DNA of 64,000 nucleotides from Candidatus Melainabacteria bacterium (GCA_050247195.1 JBFWUP010000004.1:64537-128536); one strand, 5' to 3'; positions 1 through 11,123 are shown, counted from the first letter of the stretch. Notes: generated by a model from the sequence alone, not told the origin. Numbers and translations: made by a program.

Positions 1-442
1 ATTTTTTGAGACCCTGCTGGAAGAAGAACTGGCCGGCAGCAACCTGACCCTGCTGCTGGAAAATTATCTGGATGAAACGCCCATATATCTCAAAACCATA
101 CTCAGCCGGATCAACTCACCCCAGCTGCGGTGCTGTCTCGATATCGGGCACGTGAATATCTTCTCCAAGCGCTCACCACTGGAGTGGCTGGAAGACCTCG
201 GCAACTTTGTCGTCTATATCCATGCACACAACAACCACGGCGCCCTGGACAACCACCTGGGCTTTCAGCACGGTTCCATTGATATGAACGGCTTCCTCAG
301 CCATCTGGCGCTCTCCTCGCACCGGGTGCACCTGGCGGTGGAAACCGGGAGCGTCACGGATCTGAAAAGCAGCCACGAACAGGTATTGCCCTACCTGGAA
401 ATGCAGACCACCCAACTGCGCTCCAAAAGTTTTCTGGTGTAA
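1..442 (+). CDS. Sugar phosphate isomerase/epimerase (xylose isomerase-like TIM barrel), C-terminal part; the 5' end lies upstream of the window
   Basis: The open frame runs from the window edge. The translation (…LDIGHVNIF…YIHAHNNHG…) resembles AP-endonuclease 2 / xylose-isomerase-like TIM-barrel proteins. Confidence 0.45.
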   Translation, partial: FFETLLEEELAGSNLTLLLENYLDETPIYLKTILSRINSPQLRCCLDIGHVNIFSKRSPLEWLEDLGNFVVYIHAHNNHGALDNHLGFQHGSIDMNGFLSHLALSSHRVHLAVETGSVTDLKSSHEQVLPYLEMQTTQLRSKSFLV

Positions 443-446
443 GGCG

Positions 447-1373
447 CTAGCCCAGCATCACCATCATCACGGCGCCCATCACCCAGCAGTACACCGCAAA
501 AGGCGTCAGCGGGTTTTTGGCCAGGTACTGCAGAAAATATTTCACACAGTAGTAGCCTACCAGCCCGGCAACGGCTGAACCGGCAAGGGCCGCCGGCCAG
601 TTGTATTCGGCCAGGTTGGCGGTTTTTGAGAACTTATAGCCTTCATACGCCGTGACCAGCACAAAGGTGGGCAGGCTGAGCAGAAACGAATACCGGGTGG
701 CGGACACCCGGTCCAGACCGCTGAGCAGACCACCGGATATGGTGGAACCGGACCGGGAGATGCCATGAAAAATAGCGGCGCAACCCTGAAACAGGCCAAT
801 CACCACCGCGTTTTTCATCCCCACCGGTTTCAGCGCGCCATCACGGCGGGCGAGCAACCGGTCGGAAAATTTCTGGGTGCCGAAGAGCAGAAACCCGGTG
901 ATGATGAGATGCAGCGCCACAAAACGCGGGTGATGGAAATAATATTCCGACAAATCATGAATTCCCTGCTGCACCAGGCCCAGCTGCTGGCAGATGGGTT
1001 CAGACACGGCCAGCACGCCCTTCACCAGCACCACGGTCATCACCACGGAAACAGCCAGGTAAACCGGTAACTGCTTCAGGGGCAGCGTACTGGCGTACTG
1101 GCTGCTGAGGGCTTCATCCTGCCCGTTGGCCCGCCCTAACCACAAGCGAAAAATAGCCATCAGTTCGCGCCGGAAATAGATCACCACGGCCACCAGCGTG
1201 CCCACGTGCAGGAGAATATCAAAAAACTCTTCCTCGGCATGTCCGGGGGTGGGCATGCCCAGGCGACGCATCACCGCATCGGTAAACACCAGGTGGGCCG
1301 TGCTGCTGATGGGCAGAAACTCGCCCAGTCCCTGAACGATACCCTTAAACACTGCATACCCGATATCCACACT
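447..1373 (-). CDS. uppP: Undecaprenyl-diphosphatase (UppP/BacA)
   Basis: It is a multi-TM protein carrying the GLGEFLPISSTAHL and GISRSGSTISGGL signature motifs. The start was trimmed from the long ORF to remove overlap with arcC, so the start codon is uncertain. Confidence 0.85.
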   Translation of the reverse strand, partial: SVDIGYAVFKGIVQGLGEFLPISSTAHLVFTDAVMRRLGMPTPGHAEEEFFDILLHVGTLVAVVIYFRRELMAIFRLWLGRANGQDEALSSQYASTLPLKQLPVYLAVSVVMTVVLVKGVLAVSEPICQQLGLVQQGIHDLSEYYFHHPRFVALHLIITGFLLFGTQKFSDRLLARRDGALKPVGMKNAVVIGLFQGCAAIFHGISRSGSTISGGLLSGLDRVSATRYSFLLSLPTFVLVTAYEGYKFSKTANLAEYNWPAALAGSAVAGLVGYYCVKYFLQYLAKNPLTPFAVYCWVMGAVMMVMLG

Positions 1374-1416
1374 GACTCTCCTGGCGAACCCCCCTATTGT
1401 ATCGCAGGCGTGGTCC

Positions 1417-2349
1417 TCAGGCCACAATCGCCGTGCCGGCAGCCCCACTCATGGCCGCGCCGATGTTGGATAAATTGGTGATGATCGCGCGGCGGCCGCC
1501 CTGCTCAATAAAGCGCAGCAGGGCGTGAATTTTGGGCGCCATGCTGCCCTTGGCGAACTGATCGGCATCCATATGCCGGCGCGCTTCTTCCAGCGTAATC
1601 TCGGAAAGCGGGGTCTGGTTCTCCTGCCCGAAATTGAGATAGACCCGGTCCACACCGGTACAGATAATCACCGTGGGAATATCCAGCATTTCAGCCAGCA
1701 GGCAGGAGGTGTAATCCTTGTCCACCACCGCTTCAATATCCACCAGGCGACCCTGCTTCTCCACCACAGGAATTCCCCCGCCCCCGCAGCAGAGCGTGAT
1801 GGTCCCTTGCTGAATCAGCTGGCGGATGGCCTCGGCTTCCAGAATGGACTGCGGACGCGGTGACGGCACCAGCCTGCGGTAACCCCGGTTGGCGTCCGGG
1901 CCCACCACCCAGCCGCGTTCAATATAAAGGCGTTTGGCGTCTTCAATGGAAAGAAACTGGCCCACCGGCTTGGTGGGCGATTCAAAGGCCGGGTCCTCCG
2001 GATCAATCAGCACGGTGGTGTTGACGGCCACGATGGGCCGGTAGACACCTTCGGCCACACAGAGCCGGTGCAGCTCGTTTGAGAGGGCGTGCCCAATTTC
2101 TCCCTGCGTCCAGGAGACACAGGCATTGAGCGGGACCGGGTAGCCTACAAAGCGCGCGGAGGTTTCCACCATATCCAGCAGGTTGCCCACCTGCGGCCCG
2201 TTGCCAAAGGTGACCACCGGCAGGTAGCCCTGTTTCAGGACATCCACAATGCAGCGGCACACTTCGGCCACGCGGGCTTCGGACACGTTGGCCTGCAACG
2301 CAGGGTCATTCAGCGCATTGCCGCCAATGGCGATCAGAACCGGTTCCAT
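1417..2349 (-). CDS. arcC: Carbamate kinase
   Basis: The N-terminus reads MEPVLIAIGGNAL… and a GGGGIPV motif follows, over a length of about 310 aa. An internal Met was chosen as the start. Confidence 0.85.
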   Translation of the reverse strand: MEPVLIAIGGNALNDPALQANVSEARVAEVCRCIVDVLKQGYLPVVTFGNGPQVGNLLDMVETSARFVGYPVPLNACVSWTQGEIGHALSNELHRLCVAEGVYRPIVAVNTTVLIDPEDPAFESPTKPVGQFLSIEDAKRLYIERGWVVGPDANRGYRRLVPSPRPQSILEAEAIRQLIQQGTITLCCGGGGIPVVEKQGRLVDIEAVVDKDYTSCLLAEMLDIPTVIICTGVDRVYLNFGQENQTPLSEITLEEARRHMDADQFAKGSMAPKIHALLRFIEQGGRRAIITNLSNIGAAMSGAAGTAIVA

Positions 2350-2491
2350 GGTGGGGGGTGTTCTCCGCAACGCCGACGGGCGGCCCTTCCGCAAACATAA
2401 CGCGCCTTCCGGTACCATTGTACACCCGGGTTGCCTATAATGGCTCCACCCCTCTCCCAAACCCGCTATTTACAGGACCCGCCCAACCGCC

Positions 2492-3667
2492 ATGGCCACA
2501 GCCGGAATACGCCCGAATATTTACGCAGACCATGCGGCCACCACGCCCGTGGATCCGTTGGTGCTGGCGGCCATGCAGCCTTACCTCACCGATGATTTTG
2601 GGAACCCTTCCAGCCTGTACCGCCGGGGCAAAGCGGCGCGCAAGGCGCTGGAAGCCGCCCGGCAAACCCTGGCGGACTGCCTGAACACCCCGGCGGAAAC
2701 CCTGACGCTGACCGGCAGCGGCACCGAATCCGACAACCTGGCCATTCTCGGCGTGGCGCGCACGCTGGCCAACACAAGCGGCAGGCGGCATCTGATCGTC
2801 AGCGCCATTGAACACGCCGCCGTCCTGAACGCCGCCCGGCATCTGGAAGCCGAGGGCTGGACGCTGACCCTGCTGCCGGTCAATACTGACGGCGTGGTGT
2901 CGCTCAGTGACCTGGATGCCGCACTCCGGCCCGATACCGCCCTGGTGAGCGTGATGGCCGGCAACAACGAGGTGGGCAGCCTTCAGCCCGTTGAAGCCAT
3001 CGGCGCCCTGCTGCGGGAACGCGGCGTGCTGTTTCACACGGATGCCGTTCAGGTTTTTGGCAAGCTGCCGTTGGATCTGGCCACGCTCGCGGTGGATTAC
3101 CTGAGCGCCAGCGCGCATAAAATTTACGGCCCCAAGGGCATTGGCTTGCTGTACTGCCGCCCGGGCGCCCCCGCACCCACCCCGCTGGTATTTGGCGGCG
3201 GGCAGGAACAGGGTCTGCGCTCCGGGACGGAAAACGTGGCGGCCGCCGTGGGTTTTGCCGAAGCCGCCCGACTGGCCCATACCGCCATGGCGGAAGAAAC
3301 GCCGCGCCTGCGCCGGCTGCAGCAGCAGCTGATGGTGGCCATTGAGGCCCAGGTCCCTGGCGCCGTCATCAACGGCCCGCATGAGGTGGCCCTGCGCGTG
3401 CCCGGCAATGTGCATTGTTCGTTTCCGCCCGGCGAGGGCGAGGCGCTGGTTCTGCATCTGGATCTGGCGGGCATTGCGGCCTCCAGCGGGTCAGCCTGCC
3501 ACAGCGCGGTGATTGAACCGTCGCGCGTGCTGCTGGCGATGGGCAAAAGCGAGGCGGAAGCCCGCGCCACGGTCCGGTTTTCTCTGGGAAAATCCAACAC
3601 GGAAGCCGACATTCCTGTCATCGCCGCCGCCTGTGCGAAGGTGGTTACCCCCACCGGCTCAAGGTGA
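2492..3667 (+). CDS. Cysteine desulfurase (class V aminotransferase, NifS/IscS-like)
   Basis: It contains a PLP-lysine region (SASAHKIYGPKG) and the catalytic-cysteine loop SSGSACHS, over 391 aa. Confidence 0.85.
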   Translation: MATAGIRPNIYADHAATTPVDPLVLAAMQPYLTDDFGNPSSLYRRGKAARKALEAARQTLADCLNTPAETLTLTGSGTESDNLAILGVARTLANTSGRRHLIVSAIEHAAVLNAARHLEAEGWTLTLLPVNTDGVVSLSDLDAALRPDTALVSVMAGNNEVGSLQPVEAIGALLRERGVLFHTDAVQVFGKLPLDLATLAVDYLSASAHKIYGPKGIGLLYCRPGAPAPTPLVFGGGQEQGLRSGTENVAAAVGFAEAARLAHTAMAEETPRLRRLQQQLMVAIEAQVPGAVINGPHEVALRVPGNVHCSFPPGEGEALVLHLDLAGIAASSGSACHSAVIEPSRVLLAMGKSEAEARATVRFSLGKSNTEADIPVIAAACAKVVTPTGSR

Positions 3668-3692
3668 AGCAGAGAGACGCAGCCTGACAACA

Positions 3693-3815
3693 AAACCCTC
3701 TCCTCTCAGGAGAGGGTGGACTGCCGAAGGCAGGCCGGGTGAGGTCATGGAAGCGCTGACCGCAGCCCGTAAGAACCTCACCCCCCGGCCCCCTCTCCTC
3801 CATGAGGAGAGGGGG
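3693..3815. repeat. GC-rich palindromic REP-like repeats
   Basis: Two hairpins in the cysteine desulfurase-ruvB spacer (ccctctcctctcaggagaggg and ccccctctcctccatgaggagaggggg) belong to a family seen at at least six other sites in the window. Confidence 0.6.
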
Positions 3816-3877
3816 AGAACCCCACTCCACACCCGGCACTGCTTACGCTACAATGGGGCAAAGGGGACTGAGAGCGC

Positions 3878-4993
<1,116 letters not shown>

Positions 4994-5056
4994 ATGCATC
5001 GATGTTCACAATCGTGTATGCTGGGGGCATGCCAGAGATAACCGGGAGGACATGTT

Positions 5057-5263
5057 ATGGCTTCCAACGACCCTGCTGAACAGGCGGCCTTTTATCAGCA
5101 CCGTTCAGTTGAAGCACTGATTGCACAACAAAGGGTTCAGCCTGTTCAATCCCTAGAAGCGCTGCGCGGTGATTTCTGGCCGGAAGCGGAAAGCATGGAT
5201 GATTTCGTTGAGACGATCCGCCGCTGGCGGCAGGAAGGGACACCGGCTGAGGGGCTCCTGTGA
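5057..5263 (+). CDS. Type II antitoxin (VapB-like) paired with the downstream PIN toxin
   Basis: It is a 68-aa acidic protein whose stop overlaps the toxin start by 4 bp (GTGA). The sequence …DFWPEAESMDDFVETIRRWRQE… is typical of PIN-partner antitoxins. Confidence 0.6.
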   Translation: MASNDPAEQAAFYQHRSVEALIAQQRVQPVQSLEALRGDFWPEAESMDDFVETIRRWRQEGTPAEGLL

Positions 5264-5655
5264 GCGGAACGCTTCTGATCGACACCAACGTCATTTCATT
5301 TATTCTCAAGGGCGACACGCGGGCTGCACGTTATTCATCACAGTTGGTCGGAAACGCTCTGGCCATCTCGTTTATGACTCTGGCGGAGCTGGACCGCTGG
5401 GCAATTGCACATCGTTGGGGAGAGCGAAAAAAGGCGCAATTGGATCATTATCTGACTCAGTTTGTCGTGTTACCGGTGGATCGGTTACTCTGCGAACAAT
5501 GGGCGAAAGTCAGCGATCAGGCGGCCAGGGACGGAAAACCGATTCAATGTGCCGATGCATGGATAGCGGCAACCGCCATTCTTTATGACATTCCACTGGT
5601 GACGCACAACCCCAAGGATTTTAAGCACATTACCGGCTTAAAAATATTACATTAA
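5260..5655 (+). CDS. vapC: PIN-domain ribonuclease toxin VapC
   Basis: The N-terminus reads LLIDTNVISF and conserved acidic residues follow at …DAWIAATAI…PLVTHNPKDF…. Confidence 0.8.
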   Translation: MSGTLLIDTNVISFILKGDTRAARYSSQLVGNALAISFMTLAELDRWAIAHRWGERKKAQLDHYLTQFVVLPVDRLLCEQWAKVSDQAARDGKPIQCADAWIAATAILYDIPLVTHNPKDFKHITGLKILH

Positions 5656-5703
5656 TAGCAAAAAAAGCACTTGCTTTTGACATCGGTTCACTACAAGTGA
5701 GCG

Positions 5704-6138
5704 TCATTGACTTATGTCTTCCAATACTTTTTCCAGAAATTCTTGTGGGTGCTCTTTCGCTAATCTATTTCCATCAATCCCCCCACTCAATATGAAGAGA
5801 GCATTTAATGCAATACACCCATAAGACGAGATACCAAATGCAAGCAATAGCCATCCCAATGGATTTTTCAAGATTAGCATTACGCCACTAACAATAATCA
5901 ATATCAACCCACCAAGTATACTTTGCCAACCGAACCCCATTAACAAAGCACCGAAGATACGAAGTTCAATATTTGGTTGTATGAGAAATAATGCCCCAAA
6001 AATACCGACTAAACTCCGGTATTTGTATAGCTGACAATAAATCATGCGAAACAAATAAATAGAGGTATGTACTAACGTTGCTAAAACTAGCAAAATAAAA
6101 GCTGGTATAGCGAATATCATTGATAGTATCGATGACAA
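5704..6138 (-). CDS. Hypothetical 4-TM membrane protein in an AT-rich (about 38% GC) islet
   Basis: The 144-aa translation is strongly hydrophobic. Local GC is far below the window average, suggesting foreign origin. Confidence 0.5.
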   Translation of the reverse strand: MSSILSMIFAIPAFILLVLATLVHTSIYLFRMIYCQLYKYRSLVGIFGALFLIQPNIELRIFGALLMGFGWQSILGGLILIIVSGVMLILKNPLGWLLLAFGISSYGCIALNALFILSGGIDGNRLAKEHPQEFLEKVLEDISQ

Positions 6139-6265
6139 GTCGCAACTCCCAATAGTAGCTTATTACTGTTTGGATTATAGCAGCCGTTGTTTGAGAATGA
6201 GCCCTAGTGACGCGAACTCTCGCGTACCAAAAACTGCTTCAAAAGCTGCCCTAGAAATAGGTTGG

Positions 6266-6968
6266 TCACGAACCGCCGGAAGTACACCCTCGCAGCGTGT
6301 CGATCGCGTAGCCCAGGTAATCCTGGCCTTTGGTGGGCGAGTGCTCGCCCGGGGAGTTATCAATGGAACGGCCACCACCGGCATCACGCACCCGGGATAA
6401 AAATTCCACCGCAGCCGCCAGTGTCTGAGGATCGCGCGTCTGGTAACGCTCCCACTGGCCCCCGGCATTGAGAGTCTGCTTATCCGGGAAAAACGTCATC
6501 AGGCACTCAGAGGGCCAAACAAACAACTCTTCACGAGAGCCCATGTCCGGCAGGTTCAGCGCCGTATCACCAACATCGCTCACCTGGAAGGGTCTGGTAA
6601 TCTGCTTATAGACAATATCCGTCCCCAAACCGCCGCCGCCCCAACCTGTGGAAAAGAAAATCGCATTGCCTGACGCCCCATTGCGGGTGGTCTGAAACAC
6701 ATCCACCTGGGTGTTCTCATAATACGCCTTGTTGCTGCCCGTCAGTTGCGTCTGATTCATAAAATCCCGTATCAGGGCCGTCTCCGCCGGCGAAGCCTCA
6801 ACCATTGAGGCGCGTCTGCTGTCATCCCGGCCGGGTGACGGAATGGACGCGCTGACTACAGTCGTCTGGTCAGCGGGAGGGGGCAGACGCACCACCGCCG
6901 GAGCATGCTACCAGAGGCAGACAAAGGGCAGCGGCAGACGCCGATCGCAGACGTGTGGATGTTTTCAT
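6266..6968 (-). pseudogene. Lipoprotein gene split by a +1 frameshift at a C5/G5 tract
   Basis: The minus strand from 6968 reads MKTSTRLRSASAAALCLPLVAC/SGGGASAPSR, then stops at 6870. The next reading frame continues for 209 aa (…PPPADQTTVV…). Removing one C from ccccc (plus-strand G5 at 6880-6884) would fuse the two frames. Confidence 0.5.
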
Positions 6969-7066
6969 GAGGATCGAGGATGTTACGTAATTTGTAGTAT
7001 TTTAACCCGTCCAGCAACCCGCACAAGGGCCGGGCGATACCGGATATCCCTGACGGATAGACGATC

Positions 7067-9097
7067 CTACGAATTTGCCTCTTCGCGGGCCACAAACTGC
7101 TTTAAAAGCTGCCACTGATCGCGCAGCTGGGCGGCCTTCTCAAACTCCAGCATTTTGGCCGCCGCACGCATGTCCGCTTCCAGCTCCTCAATCAGCCCGG
7201 GCAGCTTCGCCGGGTCCATCGCCTGCAGGGCCGCCACTTCCTCGCGGAAGGCGGCGTTGGGTTTGGCCGCGTCATGCGGCGCATCGGCGCTGCTGTTCAC
7301 CAGGTCCAGCAGGCTCATGGATATTTCCTTCTGAATCGTGCGTGGCGTGATGCCATGCGCGGTATTGTAAGCCATCTGTTTCTCACGGCGCCGGGCGGTC
7401 TCATCCATGGCGCGGGCCATACTGTCAGTAATGGTATCCGCATATAAAATCACACGGCCGGCCGCATTCCGCGCCGCCCGGCCAATGGTCTGCACCAGGC
7501 TCTGCTCGCTGCGCAGAAAGCCCTCCTTGTCGGCATCCATAATCGCCACCAGCGTTACCTCGGGCAAATCCAGCCCCTCACGCAGCAGGTTCACGCCAAT
7601 CAGCACGTCAAAATTGCCCAGCCGCAAATCGCGCAGAATCTCCACACGCTCCAGCGCCTTGATGTCACTGTGCAGGTACTTCACACGAACCGCCAGGCCT
7701 TCAAAGTAATCGGTGAGATCCTCAGCCATCTTCTTGGTCAGCGTGGTGATGAGCACACGCTCGTTGGCCGCCACACGCAAGCGGATTTCATGCAGCAGAT
7801 CATCCACCTGGTTGGCCGTGGGCCGCACCGCCACCTCGGGGTCCAGCAGGCCGGTGGGGCGAATAATCTGCTCGGCCACCTGCTCGGAAACGTCCAGCTC
7901 GTATCTGGAGGGCGTGGCGGAAATATAAATGCGCTGGTCAATCCGCGCCAGAAACTCGTCAAAACTCAGCGGGCGGTTGTCCCGCGCGCACGGCAGCCGG
8001 AAGCCGTAATCCACCAGCGTCTGCTTGCGTGAGGCGTCCCCGTGGTACATGCCGCGCAACTGCGGAATGGTCACGTGGCTTTCGTCAATCAGCAATAGAA
8101 AGTCATCGGGGAAGTAATCAATCAGCGTTTTGGGAGGCGAACCCGGCGGGCGGTTTTCAAAAATGCGGCTGTAGTTCTCAATACCGTTGCAGTACCCCAG
8201 TTCTTTCATCATCTCAATATCGCGCCGGGTTCGCTGTAGCAGGCGCTGCGCCTCCAGGGGCTTGCCCACCGATTCCAGCCATTTCAGCTGTTCATCCAGC
8301 TCGACCTGAATCTGCTGCACCGCGCGCGCCACATCATCCTCATCGGCCACGTAGTGCACGGCCGGGTAAATCACCACTTCCTCGGGCATGCTCACCACTT
8401 CGCCCGTGTCGGGATCCACAATGCTCAGGCGCTCCACTTCATCGCCAAAGAGTTCAATGCGCTGAATCTGTTCATCGTGCGCAGGAAAGACCTCAATAAT
8501 ATCGCCGCGCACGCGGAAGCAGGCGCGCTTCAGATCGAGATCCTGCCGGTGGTACTGGTTGCGGATCAGCAGACGTAGAAGCTCATCACGCTCGATCACA
8601 TCACCCACACGCAGGCGCAGAGACCCTTTGAAATAATTCTCCGGCAGTCCCAGGCCGTAAATGCAGCTCACACTGGAGACCACGACCACATCGCGCCGTT
8701 CAAACAGGCTGCGCGTGGCCGAATGGCGCATGCGATCGATTTCTTCATTGATGCTGGCCGTCTTTTCGATGTACGTATCCGTCCGCGGGACGTAGGCTTC
8801 GGGCTGATAGTAATCGTAATAACTGATGAAGTACTCCACGGCGTTTTCGGGAAAGAAGCCCCGGAATTCGTTGTACAGCTGGGCCGCGAGGGTTTTGTTA
8901 TGGGAAATAATCAGCGTGGGCCGCTGCGTGTGCTGAATGAGATTGGCCATGGTGTAGGTTTTCCCGGAGCCTGTCACCCCCAGCAGGGTCTGGGCCTTCA
9001 TGCCCTCATTCAGCCCCCGCACCAGGGCGTCAATGGCGGCAGGCTGGTCGCCGGAGGGGCCGAAGTCAGCGGTGAGGACAAAGGGTTTTTCAATCAT
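7067..9097 (-). CDS. uvrB: Excinuclease ABC subunit B
   Basis: The 676-aa product has a Walker A motif (GVTGSGKT), a helicase core and a C-terminal UVR domain (…[12 protein letters not shown]). Confidence 0.95.
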   Translation of the reverse strand: MIEKPFVLTADFGPSGDQPAAIDALVRGLNEGMKAQTLLGVTGSGKTYTMANLIQHTQRPTLIISHNKTLAAQLYNEFRGFFPENAVEYFISYYDYYQPEAYVPRTDTYIEKTASINEEIDRMRHSATRSLFERRDVVVVSSVSCIYGLGLPENYFKGSLRLRVGDVIERDELLRLLIRNQYHRQDLDLKRACFRVRGDIIEVFPAHDEQIQRIELFGDEVERLSIVDPDTGEVVSMPEEVVIYPAVHYVADEDDVARAVQQIQVELDEQLKWLESVGKPLEAQRLLQRTRRDIEMMKELGYCNGIENYSRIFENRPPGSPPKTLIDYFPDDFLLLIDESHVTIPQLRGMYHGDASRKQTLVDYGFRLPCARDNRPLSFDEFLARIDQRIYISATPSRYELDVSEQVAEQIIRPTGLLDPEVAVRPTANQVDDLLHEIRLRVAANERVLITTLTKKMAEDLTDYFEGLAVRVKYLHSDIKALERVEILRDLRLGNFDVLIGVNLLREGLDLPEVTLVAIMDADKEGFLRSEQSLVQTIGRAARNAAGRVILYADTITDSMARAMDETARRREKQMAYNTAHGITPRTIQKEISMSLLDLVNSSADAPHDAAKPNAAFREEVAALQAMDPAKLPGLIEELEADMRAAAKMLEFEKAAQLRDQWQLLKQFVAREEANS

Positions 9098-9128
9098 CAG
9101 AGGAGTATTGTACCTGCTGCGGCGCAGG

Positions 9129-9161
9129 CTGTCCTGTCAGGAAGCCCGTCAGTCAGGACAG
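9129..9161. promoter_or_regulatory. Inverted repeat CTGTCCTG-N17-CAGGACAG, 30-65 bp upstream of the uvrB start; candidate operator
   Basis: A perfect 8-bp inverted repeat sits in the divergent uvrB promoter region. Confidence 0.3.
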
Positions 9162-9304
9162 GCTTTGTGCGCTCCGAATCGAATTTTTGTAACACTGGGC
9201 GCTGTTTGAGTGCAGGTGTGAAACTTTTGCCCGAAATAAGCGTATTAGCTACAGCAGTCCAGCTCCCGTCTTTGTCGTCTTAATGGTTAATGAGAGGTGC
9301 CCCC

Positions 9305-9982
9305 ATGAGCTCTAAAACCACTGCCAGCCTGCTGGCCGGCCTGTTTGCCCTGTCGCTGCCCGTCAGCCTGATGCTGAGCCAGCCCGCCATGGCTGAAAAC
9401 ACCCCAGCCAAACACCCTGCCATCAAGCGGGACAGGGTTGAAGACCACCACGACCGCCGCGAAGACCGCCGGGACAGAATGGAAGATAGGGCTGACCGGC
9501 GCGAGGACCGTTGGGATGCCAAACATGACGGTGGACGGGCCGACAAACGCGAGGACCGCCGGGACCGGATGGAAGACCGGGCTGACCGGCACGAAGACCG
9601 CTGGGACCGCCGCGAGGACCGTCGGGAAGGCAGACGTGAAGACCGGCGTGAAGACCGGCGCGACGATCGCCGGGAGAACCGGCAGGACCCGAAACAGCTG
9701 GGCGACAAACCCCACCCGAACCATCCCAACCACCCGGATCACCCCCGGGACATCAGTGGGCCGGTGAGTGAACACCGTCACGAAGAAATGCGTTACCGTC
9801 GCGAGGATCGGCGGGATCGCATGGAAGACCGGGCCGACAAACGCGAAGACCGTTGGGATCGCCGAGAAGATCGCCGGGATGCGATGCATGACGGTGGCCC
9901 GATGGACCGCCGCGAGGATCGCTGGGATCGGCGTGAAGATCGCCGCGACGAGCGCGAAGACAGACGTGACGCCCGGCACTAA
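9305..9982 (+). CDS. Secreted protein built of tandem highly charged REDRRDRMEDRADRREDRWD repeats
   Basis: A GAGAGG Shine-Dalgarno lies 6 nt before the ATG. The product has a signal peptide (MSSKTTASLLAGLFALSLPVSLMLSQPAMA) and at least four copies of a roughly 30-aa repeat that are visible as nucleotide tandem repeats. Confidence 0.6.
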   Translation: MSSKTTASLLAGLFALSLPVSLMLSQPAMAENTPAKHPAIKRDRVEDHHDRREDRRDRMEDRADRREDRWDAKHDGGRADKREDRRDRMEDRADRHEDRWDRREDRREGRREDRREDRRDDRRENRQDPKQLGDKPHPNHPNHPDHPRDISGPVSEHRHEEMRYRREDRRDRMEDRADKREDRWDRREDRRDAMHDGGPMDRREDRWDRREDRRDEREDRRDARH

Positions 9983-10092
9983 GACCGGCGCCCAGACAGA
10001 CACTGAAAACGGCATTCATTCAGGCTGACCCCCCCACTTCCCGCACGGGCCGTGGGGGGTTATGCTATTGGCACAAACCCGGGAGCAGAATC

Positions 10093-10584
10093 ATGAGCGA
10101 CGCCTCAACTGAAAAACAAAGCAAATGCCCGATGAAAAAACTGAAAAGCATTGATGAGATCACCTGGGCCCTGATGATCCTGAAACTGTTTCTCGGACTT
10201 CGGTTTATCCATGCCTTCTGGGGCAAACTAATCGGCGAAAGCGGGGTTCCGGCACTCGGCAATTTGGCCGCAATGGCGCAAAGCATGACGACCATGTTTC
10301 AGGGAAAACTGCCGGCCATGCTCGTTTCTCCCTATGCGTTTGTTCTGCCCTGGGTGGAGTTGACTCTGGGCCTGATGCTGCTGACCTGTTTTTATTCCCG
10401 GACTGTCCTGGTCCTCACGGGTTTCACGTATGTGTCTCTGGCCTTTGGCATGATGCTGCAGGGCAATTACAACACCGTCTCAGACATTGCACTGCACATC
10501 CTGATGGTGGCCACGGCGCTGATTCTGCTGAAACACGCGGGCTGCAAACAGAACGCCTGTCACGATACCGGCAGCCACGGGTAA
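10093..10584 (+). CDS. DoxX-like small integral membrane protein
   Basis: The 163-aa product has four predicted TM helices and a DoxX-like hydrophobic pattern. Confidence 0.45.
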   Translation: MSDASTEKQSKCPMKKLKSIDEITWALMILKLFLGLRFIHAFWGKLIGESGVPALGNLAAMAQSMTTMFQGKLPAMLVSPYAFVLPWVELTLGLMLLTCFYSRTVLVLTGFTYVSLAFGMMLQGNYNTVSDIALHILMVATALILLKHAGCKQNACHDTGSHG

Positions 10585-11123
10585 TATTGCCGCAGATGGC
10601 GGGGCAGCACCGGCATCGCCGCGTAATCGAAAGTGATCTCCTCACCGGGGGCAATATCGCGCCGGGCGTATAAACCCAGTTCACCGGGCAGATAATGCAC
10701 TTCCGCGTTGGCGAGCGTCGCAGGCTGGTGATTACAGAAATCAGACACGCAGAGTTCACTGGCGGCCAGCACCAGCATCTCTTCAGGCGATTCGGACATC
10801 GTGCCGAAGAGATAACCTATCAGGACAAACCGCCCGGTCTGACGGAATGCGTCGGGGAGGGTGGCCATGGTGGTAATCACCACCCGGGGGGGATCGGGAT
10901 TCCAGTCCGACAGTCGGGTTCCGGCTTCAAAGGCCCGCCGGGCAAACATACCCAGCCCGGCAATGACGCTTGCGCGCACCTCGCAGGCCGGCGCGTCCTG
11001 CCGCAAACGCTGCCTGAGACGGTCGCTATCCGTCGCATCCACAGCAGCCGCCATGGCCAGCCACTCGGCCTCACCCGGCAATACGGCGCTGGGCCGGTGC
11101 AAACGCGACTCGCCGGGAGACAT
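10560..11123 (-). CDS. SET-domain protein (putative protein-lysine methyltransferase)
   Basis: It carries an N-terminal GLGMFARRAFEAGTRL segment, a C-terminal FCNHQP…N motif and GEEITFDY, which resemble the SET GxG / NHSxxPN / ELxFDY signatures. Confidence 0.55.
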   Translation of the reverse strand: MSPGESRLHRPSAVLPGEAEWLAMAAAVDATDSDRLRQRLRQDAPACEVRASVIAGLGMFARRAFEAGTRLSDWNPDPPRVVITTMATLPDAFRQTGRFVLIGYLFGTMSESPEEMLVLAASELCVSDFCNHQPATLANAEVHYLPGELGLYARRDIAPGEEITFDYAAMPVLPRHLRQYYPWLPVS

